From contig OX597823.1 in NCBI GenBank assembly GCA_951406725.2, positions 47,926,001 through 47,990,000 of the forward strand: 64,000 bases of DNA, given 5' to 3'. The notes below the pieces were generated by a model, which was given only the letters and a program-made list of their open reading frames with translations, ran no database searches and was not told the origin of the DNA. Origin of the DNA: Octopus vulgaris. Taxonomy: Eukaryota. The position numbers and the translations under genes were made by a program. Of this stretch, positions 1 to 11,110 are shown one piece after another (positions within the stretch are counted from its first letter, which is position 1; every line of letters begins with the position of its first letter).

Positions 1-200
1 CATCATCATCATCACCATCATCACCATCATCATCATCATCGTCGTCGTCGTCGTCATCCTTTAATGTCCATTTTCTATGCTGGCATGGGTCGGCTGGTTT
101 GACCAGAGTTGACAAGCTGGAGAGCCACATGAGGTTCCAGTCTGATTTGGCTTTGGTTTCTATGGTTGGATGCCCTTTCTAACAGCAACCACCGTACTGT
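1..200 (-). mobile_element. SINE-C (RTE-related SINE) 3' part with (GAT/GAC)n tail
   Basis: Reverse complement carries the family motifs 'agggcatccaacc..agaaacc' and 'cccatgccagcatagaaaatggacattaa', then a trinucleotide tail. Related copies near 490, 3460, 6432, 11268, 13200, 21950, 22128, 27620, 36220, 52175, 53840 and 55030. Confidence 0.8.
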
Positions 201-424
201 ATCAGTTGGTCCTGTAATGAAGAAGTTAGTCTTGTGATTATACTGTTTGTTCCAGGTTTTGATCGAACCCACAGTATGGCACTGTAGGCAAAAATGATTT
301 CTTTTATTGTAGCCGTGGATTAACCAATGCCTTGTGAGCGAAATTTGATAAAAATTACATGGAAACCTTTTACATGTATATATTCATGCACACATTCATA
401 CACACACAAACATACACATGTATA

Positions 425-780
425 TCATCATCATCATCATCATCATCCTCACCACCACCACCACCACCACCATCTTCATTCTCATCATCATTTGATGTCT
501 GTTTCCCATGCTGGCATTGGTTGGACAGCTTAACAGGAAATGGCAAGGCCAGGGGCTGCACAAGCTTCCAGAGTCTGTTTGGCTTGGTTTCTACAGCTGG
601 ATGCCTTTACTTGTACAAACCATTTTCCATATGCTCAGTGCTTCTTATGTGGCATCATCACTAGTACTCTTTACGAGGCACCAGCATCAGTGCTTTTTAC
701 ATGGCACCAGGACCAGCAATTCTTATGTGGTACCAACACCAACACCAACACCAATGCTTTTTTATATGGCACTTTGGTAT
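425..780 (-). mobile_element. SINE-C copy with (GAT/GGT)n tail
   Basis: 'atgtctgtttcccatgctggcattggttggacag...tttctacagctggatgcc...gtgcttcttatgtggcatc' matches the other SINE-C copies. Confidence 0.8.
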
Positions 781-827
781 TAGGATACCAATTCTGTTGT
801 GTTGGGGAGGTCTTCTTGAGTACGTAA

Positions 828-858
<31 letters not shown>

Positions 859-859
<1 letters not shown>

Positions 860-1157
860 CAATTGCAGCATGGAAGGTGTTTATAAGCCATTTAAAAACA
901 CACAAAAACTGTTAGATTCATTTCAACATTTAAATTTAATTTGCCAAAATATTTTCATCACTTTGAGACCGCAACCTATTCACTGACAAAATTACTTGTC
1001 AGTGAACAGGTCGTGGCCTCAAAGCAAAGAAAATATTTTGGCAAATAAAGTATAAATGTTGTGGTGAATCTAACATGTTTTGTGTGTTTTTAAATGGCTA
1101 ATAAATACCTTCCACGCTACAATTGTTTTTGTTTCAGCACACAATCTCAGATCAGGT

Positions 1158-1160
<3 letters not shown>
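859..1160. mobile_element. Penelope-like fold-back element (inverted arms of ~130 bp)
   Basis: 859-990 is the approximate reverse complement of 996-1126, and the body continues past the right arm. The same family recurs at 9940-10255. A partial inverted copy ahead of the body is typical of Penelope pLTRs. Confidence 0.7.
996..1044 (+). ncRNA. Hammerhead ribozyme-like motif, type I, G3-C8 core variant (stem II decayed)
   Basis: TTGTCA (stem I) GTGAACA G gtcgt-loop-gcaaa GAAA ATATTT TGGCAA (stem I'). Stem III is palindromic (AATATT). A mirror copy lies on the minus strand at 940-990. Confidence 0.55.
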
Positions 1161-1198
<38 letters not shown>

Positions 1199-1206
1199 AT
1201 GGAGGT

Positions 1207-1288
1207 TTAGTTCACTGATGATCTAAATGAATAGGTACACTGGTCAAGTGCTGTAACGGATTATCGGGGGTTCGAAGCTTTGAACTGA
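1207..1288 (+). ncRNA. Hammerhead ribozyme-like motif, type I, canonical CUGAUGA (degenerate)
   Basis: 8-bp stem I TTAGTTCA/TGAACTGA flanks CTGATGA (1215-1221) and GAAGCTT (1274-1280, one A short of GAAAGCTT). Domain II is long and decayed. Confidence 0.55.
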
Positions 1289-1392
1289 GATAGGAGATAG
1301 GAATTCATTTTAAGCTTCCAATTTAGTAGATATATATTTGTGAAATGCCTCTGTGTTTGTTGCCCTCTTTCACAAATAAATAAATATATATG

Positions 1393-1458
<66 letters not shown>

Positions 1459-1495
1459 AAAGAAGGTTTGAAAATGCAATTTTAAAAGGTGTTTA

Positions 1496-1543
1496 TTCAC
1501 TTGACCGGTTTCACTTTTTTAGAAAAAGATTGTCAAAAGTAAA
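1496..1543 (-). ncRNA. Hammerhead ribozyme-like motif, type I, U3-A8 core variant
   Basis: Minus strand reads TTTACTT TTGACAA t CTTTTT cta AAAAAG t GAAA CCGG TC AAGTGAA: 7-bp stem I, 6-bp stem II, palindromic stem III ACCGGT, GUC cleavage triplet. Confidence 0.65.
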
Positions 1544-2029
1544 ATGTAAAAGCTTTGTTGTGTTAAGTACTGGTTGTCACAAAATATTACAATACATATA
1601 TACATTCTTTGATAATAATAATAATAATAAGAAGAAGAAGAAGAAGAAAAATATTGAAACAGTTTACAAGGAAAAATCTTGAGAAAATATTAAAAAGTTC
1701 ATTGAAAATATTAAGATTTCATTAAAAATCATGTTTGCTTGAAAGTATCTATATATATACACAGAAAATTATAAGTTCAAAAAGATCATATTTTGGTGGT
1801 ATATATATATATATACAGAAGGAGATATATTTAGGAGTTTACAAAGAATTTGAAATAAACTGACCTGTTTTACCATTTTTCATTTTCTGTGAAGCTAAAT
1901 AAAGGCTGATTACTATTTTAAGGGACAGTGTGAGAGGTTGGTTTGGGTGGGTGGAAGGAGGCACAATGTGGAATTGAAAGGAAATTTTTGTTGTTTCTCT
2001 TTAGTCTTTCACGGTTCAGTGGGTTTTGG

Positions 2030-2260
2030 GACTGGTCTGAGAGGTCAGAATGGTGTGAGTGTGTGTGTCTGTGTGTATATACATGTGTTTGTGTTTCTGT
2101 ATGTGGGCTGTTTTTGATTGGTCCCAGGGTTTATTGTGGTGTATGTAAATGTGTCTGTGTGTGTTTAATATTTGGTAGAATGGTGTGTGTATATGTGTGC
2201 ATGTTTATGTGTGTGATTAATATTTGTTAGGGTGTTGCGTGTGCGCAAGTGTGTGTATGT
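2030..2260 (+). repeat. Unclassified GT-rich interspersed repeat (second copy at 59500-59778)
   Basis: Non-microsatellite words 'gtcagaatggtgtgagtg', 'ggtccca..gtttattgtggtgtatgtaaatgtg' and 'gattaatatttgtta.ggtgttg' are shared with 59500-59778. Confidence 0.75.
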
Positions 2261-2628
2261 GTTTCTTCATGTGTGCATATGCATGTGTCTGTGGGCGCAT
2301 GTGTATGCTTGTGTGTTTTTTTTGTTGGTGGGGATGTTATGTGTATCACTCTAAGAATATTTTAAGCTATGTCAGGCTAATAGCATTTTCTTTCCCAAAA
2401 GAGTTTATTCTAACCACCATTGTCCAGCATTGCTGCTACTGCTGCCTCCGGCATGAGCACTGGCATCATCATTGTCATCATCATTGTTGTCGTCATCGTT
2501 GTCTTCATCATCACTGCTGCCGCCGCCGCCATCACCACCATCACCACCACCACCACCATCATCATCATTATGTCATATCTATTTTTCCATGCTTGTATAG
2601 GTTGGTCAAGTTTCTTTGTAGCACCCTG

Positions 2629-2666
<38 letters not shown>

Positions 2667-2667
2667 A

Positions 2668-3155
2668 CTAGTATTTCTCAACCATTTTTTTCTACTCAAG
2701 GACCCTTTTGATTCCTGTTTTACTTGAGCGAACTCTCAAAGCCATTTGCTGTTTTCCTATTATACTTTTATAATTAAGTATTATTAGGAATTGTATAAAA
2801 ATTTTTTTTAATATTTTGTGTTTTATAGAAGTTTACATGTACAGTAAGATCACCATTATCGATTCACCACAGGGAAAGTTCACTACCATCAATTCACTGG
2901 GGATTATTTATAAATAAAATAGTTTTTAACTAATAATGGTGAGATACTATGGGATATATTTTCTTGGTAAACTTTACTCGCGGTGAACTTTCCTCATGGT
3001 GAACTTTCTTCCTGGCAAATTGATGGTGGTGAACTCTCCTGTGATAAACTGAAGATGGTGAGCTTAATTGCAATTGCAATTTAATGCTCATAAATTTTAA
3101 CAACAAAATCTTCCGTAGATCCCAAGGGTCATATGGACCCTGGCTGAGAACCTTA
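2668..3155. mobile_element. hAT-type MITE carrying a nested fold-back element
   Basis: Ends 'tagtatttctcaacc' and 'ggctgagaacc' resemble hAT (Charlie-type) CAGTGGTTCTCAA TIRs; subterminal ggaccc motifs are present. Confidence 0.55.
2843..3070. mobile_element. Fold-back/MITE with reiterated GTGAACT/AGTTCAC subterminal motifs
   Basis: Inverted arrays of 'agttcac..ccatcaattcac' and 'gtgaactt'. The same family occurs in the opposite orientation at 38304-38545. Confidence 0.6.
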
Positions 3156-3459
3156 GTATGGACTCAACAGAGAAAATTGCCATTCTTTGCTTATGTGTGT
3201 GCCACACATTTGTCATAACCATTATGGAGGCACTGAAGCAGTTGTCTTTGACAGGAATAAAGACCATCCTTGACTGTGTATCACTCAATGGAAAAATAGA
3301 TGTGAAATAATGATAATGGTGGTGGTGGTGGTGTGAAGTCTATCTGTGTCTGTTGTTTCTTCTTGGTTTGTTTGTTGTATAATAAGATGATGAAGTTTAA
3401 ATTTCACATGCTTCATAACCTATATGAAATAAAATTGTTACAACAACAACTGGTGTTTT

Positions 3460-3655
3460 GGAAGGGCAGGCATCCAGCCATAGAAACCCAACCAAATCAG
3501 GCTATGGTACCTGGTATGGTCCCTGGCCTTGCCACTTCCTGTCAAGCCATCCAACCCATGCCAGCATGGAAAATCAATGTTAAATGGTGATGATGATGAT
3601 GATGATGATGACGATGATGACGACGATGACGACGACGACGACGATGACGATGATA
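3460..3655 (+). mobile_element. SINE-C 3' part with (GAT/GAC)n tail
   Basis: 'gggcatccagccatagaaacc...ccaacccatgccagcatggaaaatcaatgttaaatg' plus trinucleotide tail. Confidence 0.8.
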
Positions 3656-4350
3656 CTGTATTTTCTGACATACAATTCAAATTTTTCAGACCAAAATTTA
3701 CAGTAAAAAATTCTTGGATGTTGTATATACCAAGACAAGTTTGGAGGACTGAAAATCCCAGGTGAAATATAACATGATTTGAAAAGATTGCAGTAATATT
3801 TGAATGTCTACACTATATACTACATTGGCTTGTATGTCAAGGAAATATGGTATACAGAGATAGTACGTTTATGAAAAGGAAAATACCAAACAACAAAATA
3901 TCTAAAAAATATTTATCATAGAATATAAAAAATAGCAGTAAAACAGTAAAAAAAAATGAATGAATGAAAGTGGTGTTTGAAGGCAAAGAAGAAAATATCA
4001 ACTTGTGTCTCAGGAATAACATTTGGTTATTGCAGTCAAGGTGAAAATATAAATTTCAGTCTAATGCCACATGTTATACTCATGAATAACTTATAGGTTC
4101 TTTCTGTGTTGAAGAAGAAGTGATATAGAAAAACGAAAGTTCAATGACTCTGATGAAATAAGGCATGGTATGGCTGTATGTTAAGAAATTTGATTGCCAA
4201 CCAAATGATTTTGGGTTCAGTTCTACTGCATGGTACCGTTGGCAAGTGTCTTCTGCAATATCTCTGAGCAAACCAAAGTGCTGTAATTGGATTTGGTAGA
4301 CAGAAACTGAAAGAAACCTTTTGTATATATACAAACACACACACACACAG

Positions 4351-4405
<55 letters not shown>

Positions 4406-4901
4406 TGTGAATGTGTGTGTATGTGTGTGCGTACACATCCTCACTTTCACCATTTGCCAAATATATGTGTATATACATACAAACCCACACACACACGCGC
4501 ACACCATAAAGGTTCATACACATGTCTATATATGCACAAGCACAAGAAAAAACAGGGCTAACGGTAACAATACAGAAAAAAGGGTTTAAGGGAGTATACA
4601 AAGAGTAAACCACGGCTATATATGTACATATCCTTATGCACACACACACACTCATATACGCACATACCCGCACACATCTATCTACACACACACACACAAA
4701 AAGGACAAAAATATATAACATATGTTATATATTTTAATAATTACTGGTATCTTTATATATTATATATGTAAAGCACATTATGTTATACATGTATGTATAT
4801 TGTTGTAATTGTCATTTTAGTAAATAAATAAATAAATTGACATAATATGATATCTGAAAGTTGATGAATATTACCTATCAATCCCCTCCATTTTCTTATT
4901 G

Positions 4902-4972
<71 letters not shown>

Positions 4973-5439
4973 CATACATATACGATGGGCTTCTTTTAGT
5001 TTCCGTCTACCAAATTCACTCACAAGGCTTTGGTCTGCCCGAGGTTATAGTAAAAGCAACTTGCCCCAAGTGCCATGCAGTGGGACTGAACCTAAACTCA
5101 TGTGCTTGGGAAGCAAGCTTCTTAACACATATACCCACACACACACACGTGCACATACACATGCACACATATACACACATGGACAATAGACTTCCACGTA
5201 GTTTCCATCTACTAAGTCCACTTGCAAGGCATTGAGCAGCTCAGGGCTATAGTAGACAAATATAATTGTCCTGGGTGCTGCACAGTGGGACTGAACCTGG
5301 AACTGTGTGGTTGTAAAATAGGCTTCTTAACCACACAGCCATGTCTGCAAATAATGGAGTGAATTTAGAGAACTATAATCTCTTGTATAAATTTATCTGG
5401 CAGCCTTATGGGTCCATGCAAGAAATTTATAGTGTCATG

Positions 5440-5700
5440 TAGAATGCTTAAGATTCCTTTGGTGAGCTTGTGTATCGGTCGCTCTATGACAGGTTAATGG
5501 TCAAGCTTGTGGTAGTTGAGACCTCTGGCATTCTTTGCCACTCCAGATCATATCCCTACCCACAGCTTTCAGGGCAGAGATTGCTGTCTGCAAGTGTAAA
5601 GTCTGCGAGTCAGAGTGGCTGTTCCGGTGCATCTCCCTTGCTGTCCTCTGAGACAATGCCTTTTCCATTTTGTCTGCTGGTGCCATGACAAATGTTTCTA
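5440..5700 (+). mobile_element. CRE-like non-LTR retrotransposon, C-terminal restriction-like endonuclease remnant
   Basis: Broken frames give '..VVETSG..' and 'ESEWLFRCISLAVL*DNAFSILSAG', resembling the CRE-type C-terminus (VETxG...QRISxAxxRGNA). Confidence 0.6.
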
Positions 5701-6249
5701 TTTTGTGAGAGGCAAAACTCTCCATTAACCATTTACCAATAAGTCTGAATAATAAATCATAAGAACTGGCGATGTTGGTTGGGTGGGGAGTGCTAAGCAC
5801 TAATAAGTGAAATTGTAATGTTATTATCAGTCCGAATATGTTTGATGCACGTTCAAACTAGGGAACAAGTAAAAGGAAAACGAATAATATATATAAACAG
5901 TGAAGTGTGGGTTTGCTCATTTATGTTCCTATAACTTAGCAGTCTGACAAATGAGACCAACATAATAAGTGCCAGACTTAAAACAGGTACTGGAGTTGAC
6001 TTATTCCACTATATCATTCAAGGCAGTGCCCCAGCTTGGCTGCAGCCCAAAGACTAAACCATGTAAAATGTAAAATATGTGCCTGTCGTTTATTTTATTG
6101 ACCAGAAGCAATAAAAAGCAAAATTGATTCTAGCAGGAAATGAACTCAGAATGCAACTTTATGATTTCATTTGCATCACACAAGCATAGACAAAATTCTA
6201 TAAAAGGAGTATTGTCAATTGAACCAACTAAAGATTATGTAACTGAAAT

Positions 6250-6432
6250 CATCATCATCATCGTCGTCGTCGTCGTTGTCATCTTTGTCGTCAACGTCGT
6301 CGTCGTTGTCGTTGTCGTAGTCTTTGTCATCAACGTCGTCGTCGTTGTCATCAATGTCGTCGTCGTTGTCGTCAATGTCATTGTCATCATCATCGTCGTC
6401 GTTGTCGTCAACGTCGTCGTCGTTGTCATCAT
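6250..6432. repeat. Degenerate (GTC/ATC/GTT)n trinucleotide tract (tail of the adjacent SINE-C)
   Basis: Direct reading. Confidence 0.9.
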
Positions 6433-7280
6433 TTAACATCTATTTTCCAAGGATTGGATGGTTTGACTGGAGCTGGCAAGGCTGGGAGCTGCACCAAGTT
6501 CCACAACGTCTGTTTTGTCCTGGTTTCTATGACTGGATGCATTTTTAAATTTCAACCATTTTACAGAGTGTGAAATAGTTGTGATGTTTGGTTTGGTTTG
6601 GTTTGGTTTGGTTTGGTCAATGACATTTGAACTGGAGGGAAATTAAACAACATGAACAATAACTGGTACCTATCTCACACAAAACAGCACAAATAAATAC
6701 ATAACTGCTTCTGTTTTTTGCCATCCATTTTTTTTTAAACTCATCAGCCACCCAACCTTCTTTTCTCTACAATTAATGTCAGTTGCTACACCAGTTCCAA
6801 TTGTTTTCTTTTTATGCAATCTCTTGAACTGTGATCCTTCTGTCAAGTATGCATTCATACAAAGTGTCACCTTCACTACTTTCCCATCTCTCCTTTTATC
6901 ACATACACATGGAGCAACTAAAAATATAACACATGATAAATAAAACACATATTCATTGCAAGAAAACCTCATTATTTTCCCATTGGGATTTCAGTTTCTT
7001 CATCTGCAAAATAATATTCAATTTCCCAATTCTTCAATAATTCAACTATATTATATTTATTGCTTAATGTAAAGAAAAGATAAATTTCATTCAATTTCAA
7101 ACTGTCATACTTGAGATACTGTAAAATAAATTATATATATATATATATGTATGTATGTATGTATGTTTGAATGTAAGTATGCATGTATGTATTTGTGTAT
7201 GTATGCATGCATATATTTACTTATGTACATATGTATGTATATGTGTGTGTGTGTCTGTCTGCATATATATATATACATGC

Positions 7281-7328
<48 letters not shown>

Positions 7329-8373
7329 GTATGTATACACATATACGGAGGATGTAAACACACTAACACTGGTTGTCAAGCTGGAAATGGTGACCTAACA
7401 CTGACACAAAAAACACACAAACACACACATACAACAGGTTTCTTTCAGTTACAGTCTTCCAAATTTACTCACAAGACTTTGGTCAGCCCAAGGTTATTAT
7501 AGAAAACATTTACCCAACCCAAAGTGTTACCCAGTGGGACTGAACCCAGAACCAAGTGGTCAGGAAGCATGTTTCTTTTCATACAGCCATGCCTGCACTT
7601 CTATGCATGTGGCATTAAATTTAAGATGCATCGGAGTATTATAATTTCTACCATACCATACCATACCAGGAAGGTGGACAACAGTACTGTTTATGCACAT
7701 ATGAGACACTTAAAATCTTTATGAAAGATAATTATTACTTATTTAATAAATAAAATGAATTAATCATCGATTGTAAACACAGGATGGAGTGGTTATTTAG
7801 TAACTATCTTATTAATAATTTATAATTAATAATTAATAGATTAAATGCATTCTTGATAACGCATAATTCAATTAGATGGAATGAGAGTACACAGTAAAGT
7901 GTATGTATTTCTTCGGTTCTTTCTTCTTTTCTTTCTGTTCATCCGTTTCATATTTTAATTGGAAAGATCATGAGGAGAATGACCCGCATGGAATGATACA
8001 TAGGAAGGATGTGGCATCTAAGTAGACCTATAACTAATAATATTTTAGTGACAGAAATAATTATTACTATAATAATAGTTAATAGTAAATATTTTCATTA
8101 TCTTCTATTTTTAATCTTCTACTTACTCTCTGGACATGCTGGAGTAGCCCTTTAAAGGGTTTAGTTGAATGAATTGTTTTTTAAGTTTGGTACTTATTCT
8201 GTTGGTCTGTTGCTGAACCACTAAGTTACAGGGATGTAAACAAACCAGCACCTGTTCTCACATTGTCACATGGTGAAAGTGAGAACATGCACAAGCACAA
8301 AGACACACAATCATACACACACACATACATGCACACATGCACACACACACACATACATACATACATACATACA

Positions 8374-8407
<34 letters not shown>

Positions 8408-8414
8408 CATACAT

Positions 8415-9210
8415 ACATCTGACATAATAGTTTGGGTTAGAGAAGAGAAACTGTATACAGTTGTGGAAATCAGCTGCCCAGCAGATGTTAATATAAGGTG
8501 GCGAGCTGGTAGAAACGTTAGCACGCTGGGCGAAATGCTTAGCGGTATTTCGTCTGCTGCTACGTTCTGAGTTCTGAGTTCAAATTCCACCGATCTCGAC
8601 TTTGCCTTTCATCCTTTCAGGGTCGATTAAATAAGTACCAGTTACACACTGGGGTCGATATAATCGACTTAATCCGTTTGTCTGTCCTTGTTTGTCCCCT
8701 CTGTGTGTAGCCCCTTGTGGGTAGTAAAGAAATAAGATGTTAACATAAAGTTAAAGATCAGCGAAAAAGAAAATACCTACATTGAACTAGTGAGGAATCT
8801 ACAGCTACTCTATCCAGATTACAAGTTCGGATTTACACCTATAATTATTGGGGCACTGGGATATGCAACACACTGCCTAAATACCAACCTTGGGAAATTA
8901 AGCTTCTCAAAACCAGAAAGGAGAAAGCTGATTCAAAGACTACAGATCCAAGCCATCACTGGAACTGTAAAAATCTGTAAAACTTTCTAGAAGTTTATCA
9001 TTTAAGTATATATGAGCCTGTCTAGACATGCAACTATATGCATGAGAATGCATACATAAAACAAAACATATAAATGTGAACACATACATACATACATACA
9101 TACAAAAATACCCTGTTGATGTTGTTGAAATTCCAGTGAACCTTGGATCTATGTTAAAAACCAACTCTTTTGCTATTGGCAACAAATCTTGAAATAAAAC
9201 TGAATAATGA
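8415..9210 (+). mobile_element. R4/Dong-like LINE 3' fragment (RLE domain + 3' UTR) in (TACA)n, interrupted by SINE-B
   Basis: DIIVWVREEKLYTVVEISCPADVNI | KISEKENTYIELVRNLQLLYPDYKFGFTPIIIGALG...IQAITGTVKICKTF; (TACA)n on both sides. Confidence 0.8.
8497..8736 (+). mobile_element. SINE-B, full length, with target-site duplication
   Basis: 'ggtggcgagctggtagaaacgttagc...gagttcaaattcc...agtaaagaaataag', flanked by agatgttaa(t/c)ataa on both sides. Confidence 0.9.
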
Positions 9211-9228
9211 CATACATACATACATACA

Positions 9229-9259
<31 letters not shown>

Positions 9260-9260
<1 letters not shown>

Positions 9261-9475
9261 CGCAGAAAATTCCAAACATTCTCCATGTGAGATTCTTATG
9301 TGAATAGATACACACACTTGCATGTAAACATTGACAGTCCAACCAAAATACCATCCCAGCCACATATTTACCAGGAACTCTTTTAACTCAAAAAGTCTTG
9401 TTGCTTTGTTAGCAACCAGCTCACACACTCTCTAGAATAATTGAAATCAAACACAATGAAAAATCTTACATACAT
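9260..9475 (+). mobile_element. 3' end of a second (TACA)n-associated R4-like LINE family
   Basis: Similar to 59940-60130, where the same sequence directly follows an RLE-coding fragment. Ends in tacataca. Confidence 0.7.
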
Positions 9476-9502
9476 ATATGTGTATATGAAAACATATGCA
9501 TA

Positions 9503-9905
9503 TAGGTGCAGGCATAGCTGTGTGGTAAGAAGCTTGCTTCCTAACCACATAGTTTGGGGCTTAACCCCATTGCCTGGCACCTTGGGCAAGTGTCTTTTAC
9601 CATAGCCTCAAGCTGACCAAAGTCTCGTAAGTGGACTTGGTAGATAGAAACTGAAAGAGGCCTGTCATATATGTGTATGCGTGTGTGTCTGCATGTCTGT
9701 TTGTCTGTCTCTGCCTGTGTTTTCCACCCACCATTGCTTGACAACCGATGTTGGTGTGTTTACATACCTGTAATCTAGCAGTTTGGCAAAAGAGACTGAT
9801 CGAATAAGTACTAGGCTTACAAAGAATAAGTCCTGGGATCAATTTCTTTGACTAAAAACCCTTTAAGGTGGTGCTCCAGCATGACCACAGTAAAATAATA
9901 AAAGA
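9503..9905 (+). mobile_element. SINE-A, near full length (tRNA-derived head, internal microsatellite)
   Basis: 'ggtgcaggcatagctgtgtggtaagaagcttgc...ggcaccttgggcaagtgtc...gaaactgaaaga...ggtgctccagcatgaccacag'. Confidence 0.9.
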
Positions 9906-9907
9906 AT

Positions 9908-9939
<32 letters not shown>

Positions 9940-9940
<1 letters not shown>

Positions 9941-10015
9941 CAATTGCAGTGTGGAAGGTGTTTATAAGCCATTTGTGTGTTTCTTAAATGACTTATAAAC
10001 ACCTTCCACACTGCA

Positions 10016-10056
<41 letters not shown>

Positions 10057-10255
10057 CTGTGTATTCTTTTATTATTTTACTTGTTTCAGTCATTTTACTG
10101 TGGTCATGCTGGAGCACCACCTTAACCCCATTGAATATCTAACGGTTTTGTGTGTTTCTTAAATGGCTTATAAACACCTTCCGCACAGCAATTGTTTTCG
10201 TTCCAGCACAAGATCTCAGATCAAGTCACTCGCTATGCAAGTACATCTCCGTAAT
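9940..10255. mobile_element. Second, rearranged copy of the Penelope-like fold-back family
   Basis: 'caattgcagtgtggaaggtgtttataagccattt' and 'aaatggcttataaacaccttcc..caattgtttt.gttccagcac...tctcagatca' match 859-1160. Confidence 0.75.
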
Positions 10256-10289
10256 ATATATATATATATATGTACAAATTATAATGAAA

Positions 10290-11110
10290 TAGATAATACT
10301 TTGATAAACTGGTAATGCAAAATAGAATAATTCCTGAAAGAATGTTGAAGTGCAGATGTCAAAAGTGACCACAAGTTGGTGATAGAGATATTTCAGTTAG
10401 AAATGAAAGAAAGAGAAGAGAAGGAAGGGTTTACCAGATTTGGTAAAAGAAAGTTAAAGGATGATAGAGAAATAGATGAATCTGTAACCGAAAGTTAGAA
10501 TCGATAGCACGTGGAGAATATTAAGCAAATATACCGAAATGTAGACAAAGCTGTTATGGTCAGAAAAAAAGATAAAAAGAAGGAAATGGATTTTGGATGA
10601 AACATGAGTTATTGAGGTACAAAGGGAATGAAAAGAAATTGTTGGAAGTCAGAGAAGGAATAAATGGAAGTAAAAGCGGAAATGGCAAAATATTGGTGTC
10701 TCAACAGAGAGGTGAAAATGTGTCCAAAAAGAGATAAAGGAAGATTCTTGGAAATGAATGCTGATGAAGGAGATAAATTACTTGATGCAGGAGGCAGTGT
10801 ATGAATCAAAAACACTTATAGAAAAATACTTTGAGATTACATGCAATGTAAAGAATCAAATAGGTTATGTTCAGAATTGATGGGAAACTAATAATATCTG
10901 ATATAAACATCCAGGGAAGATGGAAATAGCATTTTGATACAGACATAAACAAGGTTTAGTGGGAGGAATGTGTTGGTAATTCCCAAATCACATGAGACAC
11001 TGGAAGTGGTTATACATAAAATATCTGTTGGAGAAATAGGTTGAATCATTAAACAATTAAAGAATTGCAGAACGGCTCCTAGATTTGATGAGGAATATTA
11101 AAAACATGAG
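10290..11110 (+). mobile_element. Highly decayed APE-type LINE (RTE-like), endonuclease-to-RT linker region
   Basis: Broken frames retain 'NEID', 'ADVKSDHKLVI', 'IQGRWK*HF' and 'IIKQLKNCRTAP'. Confidence 0.55.
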
